DNA of 64,000 bases from an uncultured Pseudobdellovibrionaceae bacterium (GTDB lineage Bacteria; Bdellovibrionota; Bdellovibrionia; Bdellovibrionales; UBA1609): contig CAYHVK010000006.1 of the NCBI GenBank assembly GCA_964360255.1, forward strand, positions 56,191 through 120,190, written 5' to 3'. Positions 17,750 through 27,730 of the stretch are shown here, piece after piece. Position 1 is the stretch's first letter. Each line of letters opens with the position of its first letter. The notes beneath the pieces are model-generated. The model worked only from the letters and a program-made list of their open reading frames with translations, ran no database searches and had not been told where the DNA came from. A program made the translations under genes and the position numbers.

Positions 17750-20700
17750 CCGGTCTGCTAAGCACTCGCATAGTTCGTGCGGGCGCCGGAGCGGGTAAAA
17801 CCACGCAGCTCTCTGAGCGCGTGATTCAAATTGCCGAAGAGTTTTATAAAAAAAATCAGCGCCTGCCGAAGATTTTGGTCACGACATTTACACGAAAAGC
17901 CACGCAAGAGTTGAAAGAGCGGTTGGTGGCACTGGCTTGCAAAAAGAATCAACCCGAACTGCTACAGTTTGTCTCATCGCCTTCGTATTTATTTATTTCG
18001 ACGATTCACGGCGTACTCGCTTTATTTTTAAAACGCTACGGCCCGCTTTTTGGCTTCGACCCGGCTTTTCAGTTCTTAGATGAAAGTGCAGCATCAGGGC
18101 TTAAGAAAAATGCCTTTAGAAAAGCTTTTGCTCAGTGCTTAGAGGTGAACCCTGAGCTTTCTCTTCTTCTTGAATCTTATACTTCAAGAGAGTTGATTGC
18201 GATTTTAAATGATCTTGATATTTATCGTCGGCAGTTTACTGAGGCTCAGCCTTTTACTATTGAAGATTTTCAAGCCTGCCACGCCGCTAACGCTGAAGGT
18301 TTTATTACTCAAGGTCTGGATATTTTCTCGCAAATCGCCGCTTCAGATAATGAGTCTTGGTCGAGCTTCGCCCAAAAAGTTCTCAGTTTTGTAGAAGTTC
18401 AGGCCTTAAGTAAAACTGAAGAAGGTAAAAAATCGGGAATGCGCTTTTCGGCGGTTAACTACTCTGAGCTTTATGATCAGATCAAATCTCTGGGACGTAA
18501 ACCAAGTTTTGCCAAAAAGAATCCTCCCTTTGAAGAATCTCTACAAGATGAGCACGTGGCCTGGCACAAAACTCTCGAGAAGCGCGCTGATAAAAATTCT
18601 TACGACGTCAATCAGTTCGCGACTTCGGCTCAAGCTTTGAAGCTTCTAAATGAACTCAGTATTTGCTTCAGCGAAACCTTGCGTGAGAAAAAAAATCTGC
18701 GCTGCGGTTTTGAAATGTACGATATTGAACTTCTCACAGCTGAAGTCTTGAAGCGCGAACCGCAGGTAGCCGCAGGCTTTGCGACAGATTGGGATTATGT
18801 TTTGACCGATGAATATCAAGATACGAGCCCGCTCCAAGTTGAAATTTTAGATCAGCTTTTCGCGAATGTGCCGCAGTACTTCGTTGGTGACCCTCAGCAG
18901 AGTATTTACCTTTTTCGTGGCGCGCGTTCTGAAGTTTTCTTGAAGAAGCAAAATGAAATCGTTGAGGGCGAAGGTGCCTTTGATTCTTTACAGAAGAACT
19001 ATCGCTCAACTCCAGAGCTCCTTGAATTTATCAACGATCAGGTGGGTGTCTTAGGGGATGACTTTGCTCCCATGGAGCCAAAAGCTCCCGCTCAAGATAA
19101 AAAAGCTATCGTCGCCACTTTGGCTCCGGTGAGTAAAGACGAGCTGGAGCCTTACGCTCCAATAGCGCGCTATATCGCTCGGCATATGCGAAGTCATCGT
19201 TTCGATGACTTCGCGATTCTCACTCGAAAAAACAAAGAGACCATTGAAATCTCGCGCTACTTAGAATCGAAAGGCATTCCGACGCAAGTTCATGCCGCTA
19301 GCGGTTTTTTTCAAACCCGCGAAGTGATCGATGCCATTTCAATTCTGCGTTTTATAGTTTTACCTTACGACACTGAGAACTTGATCATGCTTCTGCGCTC
19401 GCCTTGGTTTAAAGTGCAGGATGCTGTTCTGGCCGAGTGGGCTGAGCCCACTAAAAAAGGTGAACTCAATTGGGATCTTGTTCTTTCGATGGGCGGCGAC
19501 GAAATAGGTGTGCAGAAGCTGCGCAAACTCATTGATGCTTCTTACTCAAGTGGTGTGTTTCTCGCTTGGGTGGATTCGCTGAGTGAGTGCGGAATTCTCG
19601 ATAGCTCTGTTCATTATGACCCCACCGGACGCCGTGAATCGAATATATGGAAGCTCGTCTCGCTCGTTCGTGAAGCTCAAAGGCAATCGGGGTTTAGTTT
19701 CACACAATTTTTAGATAAAGTTTCGCTAGGCGTGCAGCAGTTCGACGACGAAGAGGGCGAAGCCATTGCGGTGATCGAGCCGAATCGTGTGAATATCATG
19801 ACCGTGCATAAAGCTAAGGGTTTAAAATTCAATCAGGTGATTATTCCGAATATGCATAAACGTCCGCGCACGATTTTAGAAAATCGAGTGCAGAAAAGTT
19901 TAGTAGTCTTTGATGAAGATGCGAAAAAATGGGGCGTTCAGCTTCCGTTAGGTGAAGAGAATAAAAAAGAAGATCTGATTCCGTGTTTAGCTCATTTAGA
20001 GAGATTTGCTCAGCGTGAACTGGCCGAGAGCAAACGACTTTACTATGTAGCTATCACTCGGGCTGTCGAGAGCTGTTTCTTCACTTGGGTGGGTCAACCG
20101 GCACGAGATTCATGGGCGGAGTTCTTGCCTGGGGTTTCTATGAGCGAGTCGGGTGTACACGAGCAGTCAAAATATTCTATCGAGGTTTTGGTTGAAAGCG
20201 GCTCCGCTGAACCCGTGAATCAAACTGAACAATTCCATGAGACTTTGAAAGCTCCATTTAAAGAGCAAGAAGAGCTGCATCCGCTTTCACGCAGTCGTTT
20301 ATCGGTGAGTGCAATTCTTGAACTTGTTGAACAAAATATCACATCGGCTGAAGCCACAATTCAAGAGGCTCGCAGTGCTAAAGAAATTGAACTACGCCTC
20401 AGTCGTCCAGAATTTGGCGTGCGATTACATTCGGCTCTACAAAAACTCAAATACGATTGGGATTTTGATTTCACCGCAAGTGCTGAGCAGACTTCAGACC
20501 CAGAAAAATTTATTGAAGCTGTCGAGTTTGTTAAAGATCTTGAGAAGCCTTCACTACAAAAAATTATTCAAAATGGTGAAGTGGAGTGGGGCTTTCAGTT
20601 AAAAACGCAAAAAGGTGTGATTGAAGGTCAGATCGATTTATGGGGCGAAGCCGATGGGCAATTGTGGGTGGTGGATTATAAATCTGGTGACCCACGCTAT

Positions 20701-20865
20701 AGCGAAAAGGCCTTTAGACAGCTCGAACTCTATGCTTATGCTCTATCGAAATACCGCCCAGGTGTGCCTATTTGCCTGGCGGTGATCTATCCGCTCATCC
20801 AAAAAGTAGATATTAGGCCTCTAAAAGACATTGCCCAAGTGGGCGCGAATTACGGATTTTCGTAA
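17725..20865 (+). CDS. addA: AddA/UvrD-type ATP-dependent helicase-nuclease subunit
   Basis: SF1 motifs AGAGAGKTT, TFTRKATQELKER, DEYQDTSPLQ, QSIYLFRGA, NYRSTPELL, MTVHKAKGLKF, YYVAITRA. C-terminal nuclease IDLWGE...WVVDYKSG. ATG 17725 has GGAGG 5 nt upstream; the track start is 17713. Confidence 0.88.
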   Translation: MSSPPSHLAGLLSTRIVRAGAGAGKTTQLSERVIQIAEEFYKKNQRLPKILVTTFTRKATQELKERLVALACKKNQPELLQFVSSPSYLFISTIHGVLALFLKRYGPLFGFDPAFQFLDESAASGLKKNAFRKAFAQCLEVNPELSLLLESYTSRELIAILNDLDIYRRQFTEAQPFTIEDFQACHAANAEGFITQGLDIFSQIAASDNESWSSFAQKVLSFVEVQALSKTEEGKKSGMRFSAVNYSELYDQIKSLGRKPSFAKKNPPFEESLQDEHVAWHKTLEKRADKNSYDVNQFATSAQALKLLNELSICFSETLREKKNLRCGFEMYDIELLTAEVLKREPQVAAGFATDWDYVLTDEYQDTSPLQVEILDQLFANVPQYFVGDPQQSIYLFRGARSEVFLKKQNEIVEGEGAFDSLQKNYRSTPELLEFINDQVGVLGDDFAPMEPKAPAQDKKAIVATLAPVSKDELEPYAPIARYIARHMRSHRFDDFAILTRKNKETIEISRYLESKGIPTQVHAASGFFQTREVIDAISILRFIVLPYDTENLIMLLRSPWFKVQDAVLAEWAEPTKKGELNWDLVLSMGGDEIGVQKLRKLIDASYSSGVFLAWVDSLSECGILDSSVHYDPTGRRESNIWKLVSLVREAQRQSGFSFTQFLDKVSLGVQQFDDEEGEAIAVIEPNRVNIMTVHKAKGLKFNQVIIPNMHKRPRTILENRVQKSLVVFDEDAKKWGVQLPLGEENKKEDLIPCLAHLERFAQRELAESKRLYYVAITRAVESCFFTWVGQPARDSWAEFLPGVSMSESGVHEQSKYSIEVLVESGSAEPVNQTEQFHETLKAPFKEQEELHPLSRSRLSVSAILELVEQNITSAEATIQEARSAKEIELRLSRPEFGVRLHSALQKLKYDWDFDFTASAEQTSDPEKFIEAVEFVKDLEKPSLQKIIQNGEVEWGFQLKTQKGVIEGQIDLWGEADGQLWVVDYKSGDPRYSEKAFRQLELYAYALSKYRPGVPICLAVIYPLIQKVDIRPLKDIAQVGANYGFS

Positions 20866-21014
20866 AAAATTCAGGCTTTTAGCGCATTTTTAAAAGCTAG
20901 AACTCTCCTTTATAAGTCTATTTTAAGCTTAATTCGACACATAGCATAAATATCTGCTATAACCTGCTTATTACAAATTCACACAAAAAGCCCCAAGCGA
21001 AAGTTACTAATACA

Positions 21015-22370
21015 ATGAATCCAACGACTCATGCAATGCCTCTTTTATCGACAAATCTCTTCAGCAATTTCAATCTTATCGAACCTATTCAGCGCGCTAT
21101 CATCGATGCCGGTTACACAGAAGCCACTCCTATTCAGCAAGCGGCGATTCCGCAATTGCTCAGCGGTCGTGATCTTCTCGGTTGCGCGCAAACAGGAACG
21201 GGCAAGACAGCGGCATTCGCACTTCCAATGTTAAATATGTTAGCTAAAGGTCATCGTCGCCCCGAGCCTCGCAAACCACGCGCACTGGTTTTGACTCCGA
21301 CTCGTGAATTAGCAGTTCAAATCGAAGAGAGTTTTAAAACTTACGGTCGTCACTTGAAACTTCGCCACGCAGTTGTATTCGGCGGTGTTTCTCAAGGAGC
21401 ACAAGTTCGAGCGTTGTCTCAAGGTGTAGATATTCTTGTGGCTACTCCGGGCCGTCTTCTTGATTTGATCGAGCAAAGACATTTAAATCTTTCTCAACTT
21501 GAAGTTTTCGTTTTAGATGAAGCCGATCGCATGCTCGACATGGGCTTTATTCATGATATTCATAAAATTATTAAAATGCTTCCGCCACGCCGGCAGAATC
21601 TTTTCTTCTCAGCCACTATGCCGAAAGACGCAAAACGTATTGCAGATACAATTTTAACTGACCCCGCGGTCGTTGAAATTGCTCCGGAGTCGACAACAGC
21701 CGAGAAAATTCAGCAGTCTCTCATGTACGTTGAGAAAAAATCTAAGAAAGACCTACTTCTTCATGTTCTTAAGAATCAAGAGCTTAGCCGCGTGATCGTT
21801 TTCACTCGCACTAAACACGGGGCTAACCATGTGAGTGATATTTTGGCTAAGAACGGTATTAAAGCCGATGCCATTCACGGTAACAAATCACAAAATGCCC
21901 GTCAGCGCGCCCTCACTCGTTTCGGTGCAGGTGAAGTGAGAGTGTTAGTGGCGACCGATGTTGCGGCTCGCGGTATCGATATCGACGGTATCTCGCATGT
22001 GATTAATTTTGAAATTCCAAATATTGCTGAAAGCTATGTTCACCGTATCGGTCGAACAGCGCGTGCCGGAGCCGAAGGTATCGCCATTTCTTTTTGCGAC
22101 GCTGAAGAGCGTTCTTTCATTCGTGATATTGAGCGCATTATTAAAATGATCATTCCGGTAAATAAAAATCAGCCTTTTCACTCTGAAAGTGTTGAATCGG
22201 CTCGATTGATGTCTCCGGGTAAAGCGAAAGCCGCCATCGAAGGTAGAAGCGGCGGCGGACGCGGTCGTGGTCGCGGGCGTAATGGCGGCGGCGGAAGACG
22301 CGGCGGCCAGGGTGGTGGACGCAGTGGTCATGGTGGCGGTGGTCGCAGCAGCGGCTCGGGTCGTCACTAA
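21015..22370 (+). CDS. rhlE: DEAD-box ATP-dependent RNA helicase with C-terminal RGG-rich tail
   Basis: Q-motif [47 protein letters not shown]. Tail [23 protein letters not shown]. Confidence 0.9.
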   Translation: MNPTTHAMPLLSTNLFSNFNLIEPIQRAIIDAGYTEATPIQQAAIPQLLSGRDLLGCAQTGTGKTAAFALPMLNMLAKGHRRPEPRKPRALVLTPTRELAVQIEESFKTYGRHLKLRHAVVFGGVSQGAQVRALSQGVDILVATPGRLLDLIEQRHLNLSQLEVFVLDEADRMLDMGFIHDIHKIIKMLPPRRQNLFFSATMPKDAKRIADTILTDPAVVEIAPESTTAEKIQQSLMYVEKKSKKDLLLHVLKNQELSRVIVFTRTKHGANHVSDILAKNGIKADAIHGNKSQNARQRALTRFGAGEVRVLVATDVAARGIDIDGISHVINFEIPNIAESYVHRIGRTARAGAEGIAISFCDAEERSFIRDIERIIKMIIPVNKNQPFHSESVESARLMSPGKAKAAIEGRSGGGRGRGRGRNGGGGRRGGQGGGRSGHGGGGRSSGSGRH

Positions 22371-22506
22371 CAAATACTGTTGCCATTTCGAATGCGATGA
22401 CCTGCGCAGGTCGTGAGTGTCGATTTTTTAGACGATCATTTCTTCATTTCAATCCCGGTTTTATCAAGTCTGCAGATCATATATATTGCTCAGATCAGAG
22501 GTATAT

Positions 22507-22980
22507 ATGAAAAATGCATTAAAGCTCACTTTACTTGCGACTGCTCTTTTTAGCTTAGTTGGGGCGTCGTATGGTTCGCCAAAAAATAAACTTTTCGGAG
22601 CATGGGTTCTCATTGAAAAAACATGTGAGCTTGATGGAAGTTTTCTTGAAAAATTAAAAGTTAAAGTTAATCGTGCAGACCAGATGGGTTACGCTGGTGA
22701 AATTTTGATTATTAGTGATGATAATGTAATTAGAAGATTTGATCAGAGTGGCCGTATGATTGTTGAGAATGATTACATTTTAGCAGATTCAAATAAATTT
22801 TTAGTTGAAAATGAACTTTTTGTAAAAGGCTCGCCTGGCCGCCTTAAAATAAGACAGCCATTAATGAATCGATTGATTACCGAACACAAGGGCGACTCGA
22901 AATGTAAAGGCGGAACCGTTAAGGCGAATTACACTAAAGTGCAAACTCGCCCTCACTATTCTTACGGAAATGAGCTTTAG
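22507..22980 (+). CDS. secreted hypothetical protein
   Basis: ATG 22507 with AGAGG SD. Signal peptide MKNALKLTLLATALFSLVGASYG. No recognisable catalytic motif. Confidence 0.5.
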   Translation: MKNALKLTLLATALFSLVGASYGSPKNKLFGAWVLIEKTCELDGSFLEKLKVKVNRADQMGYAGEILIISDDNVIRRFDQSGRMIVENDYILADSNKFLVENELFVKGSPGRLKIRQPLMNRLITEHKGDSKCKGGTVKANYTKVQTRPHYSYGNEL

Positions 22981-23594
22981 AAATTAAGTTCGGCCTGTGC
23001 TACTGAGCTAGTGAAAGTGAGTTTCACATTGCTCTTATCAACAGCACTCAAAGGTACCGAAAAAGTCACGTCATAAGGAATAGCCCAGCGGCTGTGAGCT
23101 GGGAATAGGGCCTGCAAGGCCTCTAATGGCTCTGTTCTTTTCGTCGCTTTACCTTCATATTTTTCGCCATTGGCTTCTAAGTAGATCTTCCAGATTGTAT
23201 TTGGTTTATGAAGATCGTTAAGTCGGCGAGTAGGAACAAAAAAGCTAACGAAGAACTTCGTACTATTTGAATTTTCTTGAAACATCTTTTCGCGAGCGGC
23301 TTGCGCTGTTTTAGAATCCCACTGTAAAATCTCAGATTGTTTTTGCAAGATTGCAGCCTGTACATCGCTGTTGATAAACGTCGAGCGTACTTCAAGAGTA
23401 TTATAGAAACCTTCGTACTTCTGAGCTGTTTTGGTATTTTTCTCAACCATAATGCGGTATTCAAGATCGCTCATGCGTGGGCCGACTTCGGTTTCATGAT
23501 TTTTCTCAGCTGAAGAGCAGCCTACTGTGCTCACTGCTGATGCGAGTCCAACGATCAAAGTTAAGCTTAGCACTAACGAATTTAAAAGGCTCAT
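22977..23594 (-). CDS. hypothetical lipoprotein
   Basis: Signal and lipobox ...LASAVSTVGCSS. 4-nt overlaps with both neighbouring genes. Confidence 0.55.
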   Translation of the reverse strand: MSLLNSLVLSLTLIVGLASAVSTVGCSSAEKNHETEVGPRMSDLEYRIMVEKNTKTAQKYEGFYNTLEVRSTFINSDVQAAILQKQSEILQWDSKTAQAAREKMFQENSNSTKFFVSFFVPTRRLNDLHKPNTIWKIYLEANGEKYEGKATKRTEPLEALQALFPAHSRWAIPYDVTFSVPLSAVDKSNVKLTFTSSVAQAELNF

Positions 23595-24442
23595 TCTTGA
23601 CTCGCTGTTTTTTGTAAGTAGTTTTTGAGATCACGGAACACGATATCACGCTCTAGATCATTGAAAATTTCATGTAAGCTATCTGGATAAATATGAATTT
23701 CTTTTTTCTTCGAGCCAACTAAATCGAAGAAACGCTGACTCTCTGGCGTATTCACAACTTTTTCTTGCCCTGCTAATTGCATTAAAAGTGGCAGGTGAAT
23801 TTCGCTCGCATGATCTATAACTTCTTTAATGGCTTCAACCATTCCCAAGTAAAGTCGTGGTGAGATCTTCTCGTGGCGGAGCGGATCGACCTGGTACTTT
23901 TTAATTAAATCTTTGTCTTTATGAAGATCGTGATAATTAATTTCGTTATAAAGTGTCACCTTCGGTAACCAGTCGGCTAAGAAGTGCGCCGCTTTTTCTT
24001 TAAATTTAGGCACGGCCACGCTGATGCCTAAAGCGGGGCTGCTGAGAAGAAGGGCTTTAATACCACCCGGAGCATTTTGCAAAACCGCCTTGAGAGTGAT
24101 GAGTCCGCCCATTGAATGCCCGAAGAGATAAAGTGGATGGGTGCGATTGTGAATTTGGGCTTTTATGAATTTGATAAAAGCATCTAAGTCTAAAGAGTAA
24201 TAATTAAAGTCTTCTACATAACCGCGCTTGCCCTCGCTCTTGCCATGACCGCGAAGATCCCAGCCTACAACCGTCCAACCATCGGTGGCTAAGTTGTTAG
24301 CGAATGCATGGTAGCATTCGGAGTGTTCGGCAATACCGTGTGTTACGACGATAGTCCCGCGAGTTTCTGTCGGTCGCCAGAGTTGGTAAAACAACTCGGC
24401 GTCTTTATGTCCAAAAAAAGTACCTTCTAGTCTTTCGATCAT
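23591..24442 (-). CDS. alpha/beta hydrolase (lysophospholipase / monoacylglycerol-lipase-like)
   Basis: HG oxyanion region VVTHGIAEHS. Nucleophile elbow GHSMGG. C-terminal DSLHEIFND (His of the triad). Confidence 0.8.
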   Translation of the reverse strand: MIERLEGTFFGHKDAELFYQLWRPTETRGTIVVTHGIAEHSECYHAFANNLATDGWTVVGWDLRGHGKSEGKRGYVEDFNYYSLDLDAFIKFIKAQIHNRTHPLYLFGHSMGGLITLKAVLQNAPGGIKALLLSSPALGISVAVPKFKEKAAHFLADWLPKVTLYNEINYHDLHKDKDLIKKYQVDPLRHEKISPRLYLGMVEAIKEVIDHASEIHLPLLMQLAGQEKVVNTPESQRFFDLVGSKKKEIHIYPDSLHEIFNDLERDIVFRDLKNYLQKTASQE

Positions 24443-24516
24443 GCTGAGAATATTCTAGGATATTAATGTATTACAGATCAAGCTTTGCATCACCGTGGGG
24501 ATAAGTTCTGGCAGCT

Positions 24517-25008
24517 TTGTTTCGACTTCTTATATTTAGTCTTGTGAGTCTTTCTCTTTCAGCAGTTTATGCGCAAGAAGGCGCTTCGACCGGTGCTCCA
24601 TCTCAGGTGGGTGTGTTCCTCGGTAATATGCTCCCTAATAATGTACCCGGGATGGATGAAATCACGCCACTTTGGGGTTTTCGCTACAGTCATCCACTTG
24701 GGAGTATGGTTTACGCCGAAGGCGGCGGAGTTTTCAGCCATAGTAATGGGGTGGATTGGAAGGGCGCTTTTGCCAGTCTGCGTATGGATGTCCCTTTAGA
24801 AACTATGATTGCTATGGCTTATCTCGGACTTGATTACACCAATTATTCAGGTGAAGGCCAGAAGACCACTAATAAAGGTGGGGGGCATGCTGGTGGTGGG
24901 GTTATGTCACTCATTGGCGGCAATATTTATATGCGCTTTGATATGAAACTGAATTCTCAACCTGGGACATCCCTCTATTTTGCCCTCGGATTGTCTTACT
25001 TCTTTTAA
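24517..25008 (+). CDS. small outer-membrane beta-barrel protein
   Basis: TTG start. Signal peptide MFRLLIFSLVSLSLSAVYA. Gly/aromatic-rich alternating strands. C-terminal LGLSYFF. Confidence 0.5.
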   Translation: MFRLLIFSLVSLSLSAVYAQEGASTGAPSQVGVFLGNMLPNNVPGMDEITPLWGFRYSHPLGSMVYAEGGGVFSHSNGVDWKGAFASLRMDVPLETMIAMAYLGLDYTNYSGEGQKTTNKGGGHAGGGVMSLIGGNIYMRFDMKLNSQPGTSLYFALGLSYFF

Positions 25009-25106
25009 CTGGTACCTGTTAAAACCTTAGACAGTAATATGATCTTTTAAGCCTAGACCTGCCTAGGCCGATAGATTTATTGGCTATAGAAGCCGGAGGT
25101 TTATCA

Positions 25107-25829
25107 ATGGAATCACTACTTAATTTTCTGGTCGATTACAAAGTCGCAGAAGTATGCATCCTGTTAACAGGATTATATGCACTAGCGCTTATTATCGATC
25201 GCTTCAAAGCACTCTACTTTGATTATGCGCTTCCGGCAGAACCATTTATGAAGCAAGTGATGAAGCTGCTTCATGATGATCGTATCGAAGAAGCTCTTAC
25301 ATTCTGCTCAGCCAATGAGAAGAAACCACTGGCTCACGTTGTAAAACGTGTTCTTGAGAGATCAGATCGCGATGAGCGCTCAATTGAGCAATCATTGAAT
25401 ATTGCGAGCTCTGAAGTGGCCCCGAAATTAGTGGCTCGTTTATCACAAGTACAAATGGTGTCGAACGTTGTAACGTTAATCGGACTTTTCGGTACGGTGG
25501 TCGGTCTTATCGTTGCCTTCAAAGCGATCAGCTTTGCTGACGTTTCACAAAAGCAAACGATTCTCGCGCAAGGTATTTCGATCGCGATGATGGCCACGGC
25601 AACAGCTCTTATGGTCGCTATTCCGACGATGTTTGCTTACACATTCTTATATGACAAGCAGACGAAGTTATTCGCAGAAATCGATGAGAACTCTCTTAAA
25701 ATCATCGAAGTTTTACGCGATCGTATTTATGTTCCGTTCCGTGCAGAGAAAGTTTATCCAACGACATTGAACGCAGATAAGCTGAACACGAACGGTCATC
25801 ACCCAGCGCCAAAAGCAAAGGTGTCATAG
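25107..25829 (+). CDS. MotA/TolQ/ExbB-family proton-channel protein (AglR-like candidate)
   Basis: ATG 25107 with GGAGG 7 nt upstream. Three TM segments. Conserved C-terminal region GLFGTVVGLIVAF...GISIAMMATATALMVAIP. Confidence 0.85.
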   Translation: MESLLNFLVDYKVAEVCILLTGLYALALIIDRFKALYFDYALPAEPFMKQVMKLLHDDRIEEALTFCSANEKKPLAHVVKRVLERSDRDERSIEQSLNIASSEVAPKLVARLSQVQMVSNVVTLIGLFGTVVGLIVAFKAISFADVSQKQTILAQGISIAMMATATALMVAIPTMFAYTFLYDKQTKLFAEIDENSLKIIEVLRDRIYVPFRAEKVYPTTLNADKLNTNGHHPAPKAKVS

Positions 25830-25830
25830 T

Positions 25831-26373
25831 ATGAGAGTCCATCGTTCAAGAAAATCAGAGGCGACGTTTGATCTCAATCTAGCGCCATTTCTTGATATTA
25901 TTGTGGTTATTATCCCGATGCTTCTTTTGAGTGTGGCGTTTGTTCAGGTGCGTATGATTGAAACCAACGTACCTCAAATCGTGGCTCAGAAAATTCAAGA
26001 GCAGAAAGATAATAAACAGCCCGAAATCAGTTTTGCTTTAAAAGCTGATATGAAAAAAGGTTATGTTTTAAGCGTACAAGAAAAAGGTAAAACGAAAGAT
26101 GTGAATATCATGCTGAAAGACGGCAAGCTGGATTTTGACGGCTTAACGTTAGCGGCGGTGCAGTTGAAAAAACAGCACACAGCGATTTTCTCTCTCGATT
26201 TTATGCCTGATAGCGCTTTACCCTATGAAAATATAGTTAAGACGATGGATGCGATCAGAAGATTACCTGCGAGCGAAGGTAAAGTCATGGTTAAAGACGA
26301 TAAAACCGGTGAGCTCTCACAAACGGATTTAATGTTTCCGGATGTGACATTCGCCAATGTGATTGAACAATAA
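25831..26373 (+). CDS. ExbD/TolR-family protein 1
   Basis: N-terminal LNLAPFLDIIVVIIPMLLL with the conserved TM Asp. 1-nt gap after the ExbB-like gene. Confidence 0.8.
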   Translation: MRVHRSRKSEATFDLNLAPFLDIIVVIIPMLLLSVAFVQVRMIETNVPQIVAQKIQEQKDNKQPEISFALKADMKKGYVLSVQEKGKTKDVNIMLKDGKLDFDGLTLAAVQLKKQHTAIFSLDFMPDSALPYENIVKTMDAIRRLPASEGKVMVKDDKTGELSQTDLMFPDVTFANVIEQ

Positions 26374-26389
26374 GCCCGAGGATTTGAAA

Positions 26390-26908
26390 ATGGCACGCAC
26401 TGGAATGAAAAGATACATGGAGAAGCGATTAACATCGGCTTTCAAAATTCAGATCACATCCATGGTGGATATGTTCGTTATCATTCTTGTGTTCTTGCTG
26501 AAGAGCTATTCAACTTCTCCAGTGAACATCAATCCAAGTAAAGATTTAACGTTGCCGGTTTCATCGGCAATGCAAGACCCTGAGGACGTATTAAAAATGA
26601 TGGTTTCAAAGCAAGGTGTGTTTGTAGAAGACAAACAAATCGTCGCTTTTGAAGATGGTCATTTTGCCGCTCGTGATATTGATTCTACGGATCCTTCTTT
26701 TATTCCGACTCTGTTTAAAGAGTTAGATGGAAAAGCAAAAGCCACGCAAGATATTGCGAAGGTCAATGATACGGTGAATTTCGACGGACGCGTTTTAGTG
26801 CAGGCCGATCGAGATATGCCGTACGCCATGCTTCAAAAAGTCATGTACACATCTATGCTCGCTGGTTACGCCAACGTGAAACTAGCTGTGGCTGCCAAAG
26901 ATTTCTAG
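26390..26908 (+). CDS. ExbD/TolR-family protein 2
   Basis: MARTGMKRY... with GAGGA SD. TM ITSMVDMFVIILVFLL with the conserved Asp. C-terminal periplasmic domain VLVQADRDMPYAMLQKVM. Confidence 0.8.
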   Translation: MARTGMKRYMEKRLTSAFKIQITSMVDMFVIILVFLLKSYSTSPVNINPSKDLTLPVSSAMQDPEDVLKMMVSKQGVFVEDKQIVAFEDGHFAARDIDSTDPSFIPTLFKELDGKAKATQDIAKVNDTVNFDGRVLVQADRDMPYAMLQKVMYTSMLAGYANVKLAVAAKDF

Positions 26909-26974
26909 AGAAGTGTCTCTATCTCAGAGACAAATTAATCAAAACTAGCCAAGTTAGATCAAGCACAAAAAGCA

Positions 26975-27073
26975 AGTTGCCCAGCTGAGCAAAACCAGCG
27001 CCTACCTACGATAAAACTAAGTTAAAATCTAATAGAACTTGTATACACATTAAATTTGCTCAGCTGGGCAACT
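26975..27073. repeat. 19-bp perfect inverted repeat enclosing 61 bp, inside a 453-bp non-coding gap
   Basis: agttgcccagctgagcaaa (26975-26993) is the exact reverse complement of tttgctcagctgggcaact (27055-27073). Confidence 0.6.
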
Positions 27074-27361
27074 CTTCATTTGCCAGGGGCAAGAAGTAAT
27101 AAACTACGCTAATTAATTACCCAGGGCTTAGGGAGAATAATCCAACCTCCACTCCTCGAGAGAAATAGAGTCTTTTCCCTCTGAAAATGTGCGTTTCTGC
27201 GAATGGAACGCAGAACTTTCAGACAAAATTCACGAGCTCAACATTCCAAAGAGAGAATTCTCTGAATGAGGCATTCATAAGCAATTACTTTCATATAGCG
27301 AGAATTTTAAAAAAACTCTCGGCATAACCTGTGCAATCTACTAGACTTAAGGGCAGGAAAC

Positions 27362-27730
27362 ATGATTCAAAAAGTAGTACGTCTCAAATTAATACAGGAC
27401 CTTAGCCTTGCATTTCTAGCACTGGCGGTGGCCATATCTCTTCTTCCTTCGACATCACAAGCGCAAGGTAAGAAGTATGTAAAGATCGTATTCGAAGAAA
27501 AAGAAAAATCTTCAAAAAAGAAAAACAAAGTGGCGCAGAATAAATACGGACGCCAGCGGATTCCGGCTTCAATTATTGAAGCTCCCACTCATGGCAATAT
27601 TGTTCAAGTTCACGATTATGTGCCTGATGTTGAAGAGTTAGATACTCCCAAGAAATCTATTGTTCCGAAAAATAAGAAGCCATTAGCTGAAGATGCTGAA
27701 ATTTCTCGCGATATGGTTATCGCTAAGTAA
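27362..27730 (+). CDS. secreted Lys-rich hypothetical protein
   Basis: Signal-like LSLAFLALAVAISLLPSTSQAQG. Highly basic mature part. GGCAGGAAAC precedes the ATG. Confidence 0.45.
   Translation: MIQKVVRLKLIQDLSLAFLALAVAISLLPSTSQAQGKKYVKIVFEEKEKSSKKKNKVAQNKYGRQRIPASIIEAPTHGNIVQVHDYVPDVEELDTPKKSIVPKNKKPLAEDAEISRDMVIAK

Noticed and set aside
21945-22386. 142-aa and 78-aa minus-strand ORFs rich in Ala/Thr or Arg/His
   Set aside because: They lie antisense to the GC-rich RGG-tail coding region of the DEAD-box helicase, a typical shadow ORF on a repetitive GGN/CGN sequence.
25009-25030. ttttaac-tggtacct-gttaaaa near-palindrome sharing GGTACC with the 68-bp palindrome
   Set aside because: It has only 7-bp AT-rich arms and a central mismatch, and no further similarity to the 1652-1719 element. 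It is probably just a weak terminator hairpin after the small barrel gene.
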